Of a DNA stretch of 58,777 nt, positions 1 to 7,533 are shown piece after piece. The stretch lies in NCBI GenBank assembly GCA_016838885.1, contig JAEKNW010000194.1, positions 1-58,777 on the forward strand, given 5' to 3'. Both the position numbers and the translations under genes were made by a program. Each line of letters begins with the position of its first letter. The stretch's first letter is position 1. Source of the DNA: Candidatus Cloacimonadota bacterium (lineage in GTDB: Bacteria > Cloacimonadota > Cloacimonadia > Cloacimonadales > JAFGVF01). The notes under the pieces were generated by a model. It worked only from the letters and a program-made list of their open reading frames with translations. It was not told the DNA's origin and ran no database searches.

Positions 1-155
1 GCAGTAGATCTTTGAGAATAGCACTATATTCTTTTGCAAAAGTAACTTCCGTAATTCTCAGGAATATATATATTATATGCCTTCAAATTCTGTAAGTTAG
101 TTCGCTAAAAGAATCTGCACTCTTCTCTAAAGCTCTACTGCACCATTCGGGTTTA
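1..155 (-). mobile_element. Family-1 palindromic MITE-like repeat, copy truncated by the window start
   Basis: The reverse complement of 1-155 aligns by eye to 58026-58190 with about 8 differences. The terminal motif TCTACTGCACCATTCGGGTT lies at 134-153. Confidence 0.6.
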
Positions 156-1446
156 ACCCAAAGGAAGCTTGAATTGCTTGCAGGGCTCTTTCTGCATAAG
201 CTTCTTTTTTCTTCTTTTTATCTCTAATATCAAGAGGTGGAAGAAGTCCGAAGTTCGCATTCATAGGTTGGAAATTCTTCTGTTCTGTGATCAGGTGAGA
301 CCAGAGTTGACCTGAGATAGTAACATTTGGGAGAGATTTTAGGTTATTATGAATAATATGAAAAAGGAGAAGTCCGATATAGATAGATTCAACATAGCCT
401 TCTACCCCGGAGAGTTGTCCTGCAATATAGACATTAGCTTTATTTTTAAGGGAAAGATCAGGGTTAAGGACTTGGGGGGAATTGAGGTAAGTGTTACGGT
501 GAATTGAGCCATACCTAAGGAAGTTAGCATTTTCTAAGCCTGGGATAAGTCTGAAAACTCTCTTTTGTTCGCCATATTTTAGCATAGTCTGGCATCCCAC
601 TAAATTATAAGCATTGTGGCTAGTATTTTCAATTCTGAGTTGGAGGACAGCATAAGGTCTTCTGTCTGTAATGGGATCTTCTAAACCAACCGGTCTTAAG
701 ACACCAAATCTTAAGGTCTCTTTTCCTCTGCGTGCTAATTCTTCAATGGGGGTGCAGTTTTCATAAAACTTAAATTTTATATCACTAAAATACTTATTCT
801 CAAACTCTTTTGCTTGATGTTTTTCAGCATCATTAAGGGCATCAACAAAGGCATAGTATTCTTCCTTGGTAAAAGGACAATTAATGTAATCAGCATCTCC
901 CTTATCATATCTACTCTTATAAAAAGCTCGGTCAAAATTGATAGAATCTTTCTCCACAATAGGAGCAATAGCATCAAAGAAGTAGAGACTAGTTTCTGGT
1001 AAATAAGGTGATAAGGCATCTATGATATTATCAGAAGATAAAGGACCGCTTGCAATAACAGTCAGATCATCATCTATCTTTTTATATTCTTCATTGATGA
1101 TAGTAATATTAGGATGACAGGTAATTTTGGCAGTTACTTCCTGACTAAATCTATCCCGATCTACAGCTAAGGCATTGCCTGCAGGAACAGAGCATTCTTC
1201 TGCTATGGGAAGAAGCTTAACCCCTAGGTGCCTCATCTCTGCCTTGAGAAGTCCGGAACCTGTTGTAGGAAGTTGAGATTTTAAGGAATTACTACATACT
1301 AACTCTGCAAAAGTGGGTATTTTATGAGCTTCCGAATATTTATGTGGCTTCATCTCGTAGAGTTCAACCTGCCAATTAGCATCAGCAAAGTTGAGGGCTA
1401 ACTCACAGCCTGCTAAACCTGCACCAACTATTTTTATTTTTTTCAT
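127..1446 (-). CDS. trmFO: Methylenetetrahydrofolate--tRNA-(uracil-5-)-methyltransferase TrmFO (Gid)
   Basis: 439 aa. N-terminal FAD fold VGAGLAGCE and FAELVCSNSLKS are typical of TrmFO. The last 10 codons and the stop lie inside the MITE end. Confidence 0.9.
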   Translation of the reverse strand: MKKIKIVGAGLAGCELALNFADANWQVELYEMKPHKYSEAHKIPTFAELVCSNSLKSQLPTTGSGLLKAEMRHLGVKLLPIAEECSVPAGNALAVDRDRFSQEVTAKITCHPNITIINEEYKKIDDDLTVIASGPLSSDNIIDALSPYLPETSLYFFDAIAPIVEKDSINFDRAFYKSRYDKGDADYINCPFTKEEYYAFVDALNDAEKHQAKEFENKYFSDIKFKFYENCTPIEELARRGKETLRFGVLRPVGLEDPITDRRPYAVLQLRIENTSHNAYNLVGCQTMLKYGEQKRVFRLIPGLENANFLRYGSIHRNTYLNSPQVLNPDLSLKNKANVYIAGQLSGVEGYVESIYIGLLLFHIIHNNLKSLPNVTISGQLWSHLITEQKNFQPMNANFGLLPPLDIRDKKKKKEAYAERALQAIQASFGLNPNGAVEL

Positions 1447-1546
1447 TATTTTTACACCTTGATTTTTTTGTTCAACTATTTTGGAAGAGAGATGTTAGGC
1501 AAGGAATATTTGTGGAGGGAGGGGTGGGTTCGGAATGATTCTTTTT

Positions 1547-1903
1547 GGCTCTCTCTCAAGTAGAGTGGGAAGCAAATTGGAGGACCTAATAAAATTGAAA
1601 TAATTATTTTTATATTGTAAACAGTAATATAAGAAAGGTTGTCAAAATATAACTTTGCTCTTTATCTTAAAGCAGGCTAAATTCGACATTTTTCAAAGTG
1701 CCTTAAATAAGCATTACTAAAGGGTTTGCCTAGTGATGCCTTTAAGTATCTCGATGAATCATTGGGATTTCATCGAGATACTTAAAGGAATGACTAAGGT
1801 TTCCCTAGGAAGAGACTAAGGAATATGATATCATTATTGTAAAACATATTTTTTAATAAAAACTAAGGTTTTTTTTAGTTCTCACTCTACTTGAGAGAGA
1901 GCC
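1547..1903. mobile_element. 357-bp non-autonomous (MITE-like) element with 24-bp terminal inverted repeats and an 8-bp target-site duplication
   Basis: GGCTCTCTCTCAAGTAGAGTGGGA (1547-1570) is the inverse of 1880-1903 with 1 mismatch. The direct repeat TTCTTTTT flanks it at 1539-1546 and 1904-1911. There is no ORF inside, and an internal hairpin of about 20 bp sits at 1739-1789. Confidence 0.6.
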
Positions 1904-2068
1904 TTCTTTTTTTTCAGAACCCCCCTTCTGCTTCGATGCCATCCTACTTCGCTGAAGCTTCTTAGGATGAACCCTCTTGGAGACATTTGCTTGAGCAAAT
2001 GAAGAGGGGACTTAAGACATACGGGCTCAAGCTCTGTTTCAATATGAACAAATAATTCGTGTAATTCG
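1904..2068 (-). repeat. Family-2 structured intergenic repeat, copy a (inverted relative to 4251-4413)
   Basis: The reverse complement matches 4251-4413. A core of about 112 nt differs at 5 positions counted by eye. It contains two conserved hairpins. Confidence 0.7.
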
Positions 2069-2088
2069 TCTTAATTCGATTTAATTCG
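2053..2088. repeat. Four phased copies of TAATTCG (9-10 bp period)
   Basis: TAATTCG occurs at 2053, 2062, 2072 and 2082. Confidence 0.7.
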
Positions 2089-2117
2089 AGTGAAAGCTCT
2101 TTCATTTTGATTTGAAC

Positions 2118-2149
2118 AAAAAAAGCCACAGATAAGAAAAATCCGTGGC
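2118..2149 (-). terminator. Rho-independent terminator of serC
   Basis: On the minus strand: GCCACGG, an 11-nt loop, CTGTGGC, then a T7 run, 25 nt after the serC stop. Confidence 0.6.
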
Positions 2150-2174
2150 TATCATATTTGATTAAGCTTAAAAA

Positions 2175-3263
2175 CTATTCGTTTTCAGCTTGGAATTTCT
2201 TCATGAAATCGCCTAAAGCTTTAGCACTTTCTAATGGGCATGAGTTATAAACAGAAGCACGGCATCCGCCCACACTTCTATGTCCTTTAAGTCCAATCAT
2301 ACCAAGAGTTTTTGCTTCAGAGATGAATTTTTTTTCTAAATCTTCAGTCTGTAATCTGAAAGGAATATTCATTAATGATCTGTCTTCTTTCACAACAGTA
2401 CCTTTGTAGAAGCCATTAGAGTTATCAATAGCATCATAGATATAGTTAGCTTTCTTAAGATTATGAGCATGAAGTTTATCTAAACCACCGAAACCTTCGA
2501 TCCATTTAAGGACTTCACCCACAACATAAATATTGAAGGCAGGAGGAGTGTTAAACATAGAACCTTTACTAATATGAGTTCTATAATCTAACATAGTAGG
2601 AAGACCTGTGTTCATTTTATCAACAATAGACTTTCTAATAGCTACAACAGTAACACCTGCCGGACCAACATTCTTTTGAGCACCTGCATAGATTAAATCA
2701 TATTTTTTAAAATCGTAAGGTCTGCTTAAGAAGTTTGAAGACATATCAGAAATTAATAAAACGCCTTCAGGTACTTCAGGAGTATGGTCATATTCGGTAC
2801 CACGAATTGTGTTGTTTGTAGTAATATGTAAGAAGGCAGGGTTAGCAGAGAAGTTAAGTTCTTTAGGAATATAAGTAAATTCTTTGTCTTCAGAAGTAGC
2901 TGCTACATGCATGCCTTTGCCTATCTTTTTTGCTTCTTTAAGTGCTGTTGAAGCCCAAGTTCCGGTATTAACATAGTTACCTTCTTTTCCGTCAGGAATA
3001 AGATTCATAGCAACCATTAGGAATTGAGTTGAAGCTCCACCACCAAGGAAAATCACTTCATAATCATCACCTAAATCCATAATTCTCTTAACTGCTGCAT
3101 TAGCATCATCGATAATCTTCTGGTATTCAGCTGAACGATGAGACATTTCCATTACGGAAAGTCCGTAACCTTTGTAACTAAGTAAATTAGCCTGAACATC
3201 TTTTAATACTTCCACTGGTAATACTGATGGACCAGCGTTAAAATTGTGAATTCTGTTTTCCAT
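2175..3263 (-). CDS. serC: Phosphoserine aminotransferase
   Basis: 362 aa. The start NFNAGPSVLP and the PLP-lysine region GAQKNVGPAG are typical of SerC. Confidence 0.93.
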   Translation of the reverse strand: MENRIHNFNAGPSVLPVEVLKDVQANLLSYKGYGLSVMEMSHRSAEYQKIIDDANAAVKRIMDLGDDYEVIFLGGGASTQFLMVAMNLIPDGKEGNYVNTGTWASTALKEAKKIGKGMHVAATSEDKEFTYIPKELNFSANPAFLHITTNNTIRGTEYDHTPEVPEGVLLISDMSSNFLSRPYDFKKYDLIYAGAQKNVGPAGVTVVAIRKSIVDKMNTGLPTMLDYRTHISKGSMFNTPPAFNIYVVGEVLKWIEGFGGLDKLHAHNLKKANYIYDAIDNSNGFYKGTVVKEDRSLMNIPFRLQTEDLEKKFISEAKTLGMIGLKGHRSVGGCRASVYNSCPLESAKALGDFMKKFQAENE

Positions 3264-3615
3264 TTTAATACTCCGTAATTTTATTTTGATTCCAAATTAT
3301 AAAAGGTCGATTTCTTTGGCAAGGAAATTTATAAAAATTAATAATACATTTTCAATAAAAAAATATATGGACAAAAATTCAGAGGATATAAATGTGAAGA
3401 GGAAGATAATTCCAAGGGATAAGAAAGATAATCTATCCATGAATTACACCAAAAAAAAAGAGGCTTGTTAAACCCAAATAAGGACAATAGTGAGTTAATT
3501 ATAATTATATTTCTGTTTAGGTATTTGATATAATAACCTTAATTAATGCATTTTCTTCGTAAATTAGTGAAATTGATGTAATTAGTGGATAGACTATTTT
3601 TTTAAGGATATAAAA

Positions 3616-4200
3616 ATGATAGCTGAATTGTTAAAAGGAAAGAAGGTCGTTCTCGCCTCTGCCTCACCTCGCAGAAAAGAGATTCTTAAAAATGTAGGGA
3701 TACGTCCCTTATATATACCTTCCAATATAGATGAGGAGATGCTTGATATCCCTCCTTATAAGTTGGTAATGATGCATTCTGAGAATAAAGCCAAAGAGGT
3801 TGCTCAACACTTAGATAATAAGTGTATTGTTATCGGGGCTGATACTGTAGTAGTCTTAGATGGCAAGATTTTAGGTAAGCCTAATAGCAAATACCAAGCT
3901 TTTGATTACTTAGAAAAACTATCAGGCAAGAAGCATTTAGTCTATACCGGAGTTACCATCTGCTACAAAAAAATTGTGAAGACTTTCTACGAAAAGACAA
4001 GTGTTGAGTTTGATAAATTATCTGAATTTGATATCGAAAATTATGTTGAGACCAGAGAGAGTTTTGATAAAGCTGGTGCTTATGGAATTCAAGGTTTTGG
4101 AAGTCAATTTATTAAGAAGATTAATGGTTGTTACTTCAATGTTATGGGCTTTCCTATCAACAGATTCTACCAAGAAATTAAGAAAATACTAATGAAGTGA
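3616..4200 (+). CDS. maf: Maf-like nucleoside triphosphate pyrophosphatase (septum formation protein)
   Basis: 194 aa. VLASASPRRKEIL, GADTVV and KAGAYGIQG are Maf family motifs. Confidence 0.9.
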   Translation: MIAELLKGKKVVLASASPRRKEILKNVGIRPLYIPSNIDEEMLDIPPYKLVMMHSENKAKEVAQHLDNKCIVIGADTVVVLDGKILGKPNSKYQAFDYLEKLSGKKHLVYTGVTICYKKIVKTFYEKTSVEFDKLSEFDIENYVETRESFDKAGAYGIQGFGSQFIKKINGCYFNVMGFPINRFYQEIKKILMK

Positions 4201-4205
4201 GATGT

Positions 4206-4492
4206 TTAGCCACTGATAACACAGATAAGAAAAAAAAGTAATCTATCCACAGATTACACGAAATATTTGTTTATATTGAAACAAAGCTTGAGCACGTATG
4301 TCTTAAGTCCCCTCTTCATTTGCTCTAGCAAATGTATCTAAGAGGGTTCATCCTAAGAAGCTTCAGCGAAGTAGGATGGCATCGAAAGATGACGGGGTGT
4401 TCAAAAAGAAAGAAGAAAACTTAGCCACTGATAACACAGATAATGACGGATAAGAAGAAGAAGATAACTTAGCCACCGAAAACACAGAATAC
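4206..4492 (+). repeat. Three dispersed copies of TTAGCCAC(T/C)GA(T/A)AACACAGA(T/A)A in a purine-rich spacer
   Basis: Units lie at 4206-4229, 4421-4444 and 4469-4492. The last two form a tandem of about 48 bp. Confidence 0.65.
4251..4413 (+). repeat. Family-2 structured intergenic repeat, copy b
   Basis: Inverted copy of 1904-2068. The hairpins CCCCTCTTCATTTGC..GCAAATG..AAGAGGG and CATCCTA..TAGGATG are conserved. Confidence 0.7.
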
Positions 4493-4536
4493 ACTGAAAA
4501 GAAGAAAGAAACTATATTGAAGGACAGGATATAACT

Positions 4537-6009
4537 ATGAAACTTTATTTTAATGCTAGATTTTATTCCATGGATGACCAAGATAACATCTATCAAGGCA
4601 TTTTAGTCGATAAAGGTATAATTAAAGAGTGTTATAAAACTAGCCCAAATCTAGCTGATGTAGAGAAAATAGATCTGCAGGGAGCTTATGTATTTCCGGG
4701 ATTCACTGATTCCCATACCCACTCTTTTGAAGGTGGACTTTATAGTATGGGGGCTGATCTCCAAGAAGCCAGGTCTCTCTCGGAAGTCTATGACCTTATA
4801 GATGAGTCCCCTGTCATTGGTAATTATAAGTTTGCCTTCGGTTTAGATGAAAACAAGCTTAAAGAGAAACGCTTCCCTACCAGCGAAGAATTAGACAGAG
4901 TTGTCCCTAATAATCCTCTTCTCTTAAGAAGAATCGATGGCCACTCTTGTGTTATTAATACTCAAGCTCTGGAAATTATTAAATTTCCTCAAGCACTAGC
5001 AAAAGATTTTACCGGTTTACTCAACAAAGAAAATAATGATGTTGCAGCCCATACCTTTCATAACACCTTAACCGATGAGGCCATTATTGAAGCCTATCAA
5101 GCTGCGGATAAAATAGCTCAAAAAAGTGGTTTAACAAGTGTTCATACCATGATTGGTGATGCCCAATATTCTTATAATCACTTCCCTCTAATTCAAGATA
5201 ATTTAGCCAGATTTACAACTAACTTTGTCCTCTATCCTCAATTCTTTGATGTAGATAAAGCTTTGGAAGCTGGCTCTAAAAGGATAGGAGGCTGTATCCT
5301 AGCAGATGGTTCATTTGGTTCTCATACTGCAGCTCTAACTCGAGCTTATAATGATGACCCTACTTGCTTGGGAAGTCTATATCAAGAGGATGATTTCTGG
5401 ACTAGTTTCGTCTGGTCTGCCCACAAAAACAATCTTCAAGTAGGAGTCCATTGCATTGGAGACAAAGCAATCGCCCAAGTCGTAAATGCTTATGTGAAAG
5501 CTCAAGAAAAAGACCCCAAGGATCTAAAACATCAAATAATTCATAATGAGTTAATGAGTGATGAATCTTTAGCACTCATGCAGAAATACAATATATCGGC
5601 TGTTATGCAACCAATGTTTGACCACCTTTGGGGAGGTGATAATCTTTTTTATGCTAAAGTTTTAGGCATAGACAGGGCTTTAAAAACTAATAGATTTAAG
5701 ACTATCCTTGAGGCTGGGGTTTTACTGGCAGGTTCTTCAGATTGGTATATAACTACTCTAAATATTTTAGACCAAGCTCAAGCGGCTATCAGCCACCATA
5801 ATCTGGCTGAAAGATTGTCTGTCAAAGAGGCAATTAAAATCTATACAAGCAATGCGGCTAAACTTGAAGGAGCAGGAAATAAAGGGATTATTGCTAAGAA
5901 TTACTTGGATAATATGACTGTTTTAAGCCAAGACCCTCTTATTAATAACAGCTTTCTAAATAATCAAATAAAGGCAGTAATTGTCTCAGGAGACCTAATT
6001 AATGTTTAA
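4537..6009 (+). CDS. Metal-dependent amidohydrolase (amidohydrolase-3 / YtcJ-like)
   Basis: 490 aa. It has the FTDSHTHSFEGG (HxH) metal motif and a later HCIGD, a TIM-barrel hydrolase pattern. Confidence 0.75.
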   Translation: MKLYFNARFYSMDDQDNIYQGILVDKGIIKECYKTSPNLADVEKIDLQGAYVFPGFTDSHTHSFEGGLYSMGADLQEARSLSEVYDLIDESPVIGNYKFAFGLDENKLKEKRFPTSEELDRVVPNNPLLLRRIDGHSCVINTQALEIIKFPQALAKDFTGLLNKENNDVAAHTFHNTLTDEAIIEAYQAADKIAQKSGLTSVHTMIGDAQYSYNHFPLIQDNLARFTTNFVLYPQFFDVDKALEAGSKRIGGCILADGSFGSHTAALTRAYNDDPTCLGSLYQEDDFWTSFVWSAHKNNLQVGVHCIGDKAIAQVVNAYVKAQEKDPKDLKHQIIHNELMSDESLALMQKYNISAVMQPMFDHLWGGDNLFYAKVLGIDRALKTNRFKTILEAGVLLAGSSDWYITTLNILDQAQAAISHHNLAERLSVKEAIKIYTSNAAKLEGAGNKGIIAKNYLDNMTVLSQDPLINNSFLNNQIKAVIVSGDLINV

Positions 6010-6499
6010 TAAACGCAGAGCAGAGTTTCTGATTGAACAAGAGTTATCTCACTTTCCAAAAGCGACAATGACAGATATTTACAAGCTTTTCTATCAAAAT
6101 TGTTGCGGGAGTGGGCACTTCATCTCTGATTTAACCTATGTGAAAGATAACATCAAGGCTGAAATAACAACCATTAATCCTAATGCTTTTAACTACCCTG
6201 ACTATGATATCTCTTATATCTTCCAGATTAAAAGAATAAGTCTATATTCTATCATGGTAGGCAAATATGATTTAAACTTTATAGCAGATAAGTTCTGGGA
6301 GTTATCCCTAACCCCTCTAAAGCTAACTTCTGACCAGTGGATAAAAGAATGGAAGGAGATTAGCAGGCTGATAAAAGAAATAAAACCCTACATCTTTGAT
6401 GATTTAGTCAGCAAAGATTTTGACCAAGCTAGTTCTCTACATCATAGCGATATTTATAGAATTAACTATAATCCCCATTATCGGATTTGTAATTTATAA
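6002..6499 (+). CDS. Hypothetical protein
   Basis: 165-aa ORF overlapping the upstream stop by 8 nt. No motif recognised. Confidence 0.55.
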   Translation: MFNKRRAEFLIEQELSHFPKATMTDIYKLFYQNCCGSGHFISDLTYVKDNIKAEITTINPNAFNYPDYDISYIFQIKRISLYSIMVGKYDLNFIADKFWELSLTPLKLTSDQWIKEWKEISRLIKEIKPYIFDDLVSKDFDQASSLHHSDIYRINYNPHYRICNL

Positions 6500-6502
6500 G
6501 TC

Positions 6503-7405
6503 ATGAGAATAGAAGAACATCTTAACTTACTCTCCCAAAGTTGGAAAAAAACATACAAGTGCCGAGTTATGAAAATCGGACTTAGTCTGGGGATGACCTG
6601 TCCTAATCGCAATAATGGAGGCTGTGTCTTTTGCTTACCAAGCACCTTTACAGATGTAATTAATGATGATAATAAATTATCTCTTACAGACCAGATTTCT
6701 CAACTTATCCCTAAAATAAGCTCAAAAACCAAGACTAATAAGTTTATCGCCTACCTTCAAGATGAAACTTCCACTGCCTGCAGTCCGAATTTCTTAAAAG
6801 ATTCTCTTGCTATTATCGAAAAGAGCAATATATTTGAAGAAGTAATCATCTCAACTAGACCAGATTACCTTAATATAGATATTTTAATAGCCATTAAGAG
6901 TGCTAAATTACCTGTTACTATTGAAATAGGTATGCAAAGCTGTCATGACTATTCTCTCTTATTTCTTAACAGAAATCATACCCACCAAGATACTAAAAAG
7001 GCTCTGAAACTCTGCCAAGACTTTCACATCCCTACCGGTGTTCATCTTATCCTGGGTATTCCCGGAGAAACTAAGTCCATGATTTTAGAAACCATTAACT
7101 TCGTAAATAATGAGATAAATATTAAGGATGTAAAACTCCATAATTTAGTTATCTATCAAAACACACAACTGAGTAAGATTTATCATGATTATAACTTCTT
7201 AAGCTACCCGAAATATATAGAGCTACTAGCTACCGTGATTGGTAATTTACAGCCTGAAAAGACAATTTCGCGCTTATTTACCACAAATTTGAGACAGGAT
7301 TCTTTAGCAATTAACTCTTTCCCGGGAATTAAGCAAATTTGGCTAAAAGAGTTATGGATATATCTTAAGGATAAGCAAATTTATCAGGGATCTTTACTCT
7401 CCTAA
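6503..7405 (+). CDS. Radical SAM protein, TIGR01212 (YhcC/YtqA-like) family
   Basis: 300 aa. The motif CPNRNNGGCVFC is characteristic of the TIGR01212 radical SAM family. Confidence 0.8.
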   Translation: MRIEEHLNLLSQSWKKTYKCRVMKIGLSLGMTCPNRNNGGCVFCLPSTFTDVINDDNKLSLTDQISQLIPKISSKTKTNKFIAYLQDETSTACSPNFLKDSLAIIEKSNIFEEVIISTRPDYLNIDILIAIKSAKLPVTIEIGMQSCHDYSLLFLNRNHTHQDTKKALKLCQDFHIPTGVHLILGIPGETKSMILETINFVNNEINIKDVKLHNLVIYQNTQLSKIYHDYNFLSYPKYIELLATVIGNLQPEKTISRLFTTNLRQDSLAINSFPGIKQIWLKELWIYLKDKQIYQGSLLS

Positions 7406-7533
7406 ATGGCTCTAAATCCTTATAAGATAGCTATCTGCAAGAGCAATAAAAATATTAAGAAATAAAATTCTTTACAAATATAAGATTATCTTAGATAATG
7501 TTAAACATGCAAAATAATATAATAGGGTACCAT

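Noticed and set aside
1-160. The window start and end sharing sequence as a sign of a circular contig or an assembly overlap
   Set aside because: The shared segment is in inverted, not direct, orientation and is about 95 percent rather than 100 percent identical. It belongs to a dispersed repeat family.
777-1019. Nested or antisense ORFs inside long CDS in the ORF track. Examples: 777-1019, 814-1002, 4001-4192, 8054-8374, 9520-9711, 12202-12390, 13779-14051, 14397-14591, 14832-15017, 16435-16653, 17336-17551, 18311-18667, 21078-21359, 21990-22178, 22127-22318, 24347-24541, 25785-26066, 30371-30559, 33753-33944, 34660-34917, 34830-35057, 35125-35322, 38243-38503, 38549-38839, 40103-40288, 40561-40845, 45687-45914, 46913-47137, 50961-51221, 51447-51653, 52346-52537, 54599-54954, 56462-56668 and 57542-57886.
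   Set aside because: All lie within or overlap much longer ORFs that carry clear family motifs. Their translations are low-complexity and they lack RBS context.
1519-1537. A tRNA T-arm-like GGGTTCGGAAT and the G-run GGAGGGAGGGGTGGG upstream of trmFO
   Set aside because: No acceptor, D or anticodon arms can be drawn around it. It is an isolated G-rich patch next to the MITE insertion site and is not supported as an RNA gene.
3286-3471. A 61-aa ORF in the serC/maf divergent spacer
   Set aside because: It has a Lys/Asn-rich low-complexity translation of AT-rich promoter DNA and no RBS. It overlaps the repeat boxes.
3264-4260. A replication origin. There is a minus-to-plus strand switch at serC/maf, AT-rich DNA, and boxes one or two mismatches from the DnaA box TTATCCACA (CTATCCACA, CTATCCATG, CTATCCACT).
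   Set aside because: There are only three imperfect boxes, and each is part of a hairpin repeat. No dnaA/dnaN is nearby. The strand switches back only 45 kb away. GC-skew cannot be computed here. A cumulative GC-skew minimum at this locus would revive the idea.
4363-4596. A 77-aa minus-strand ORF
   Set aside because: It is antisense to the repeat units and to the amidohydrolase start. Its repetitive translation mirrors the DNA repeat.
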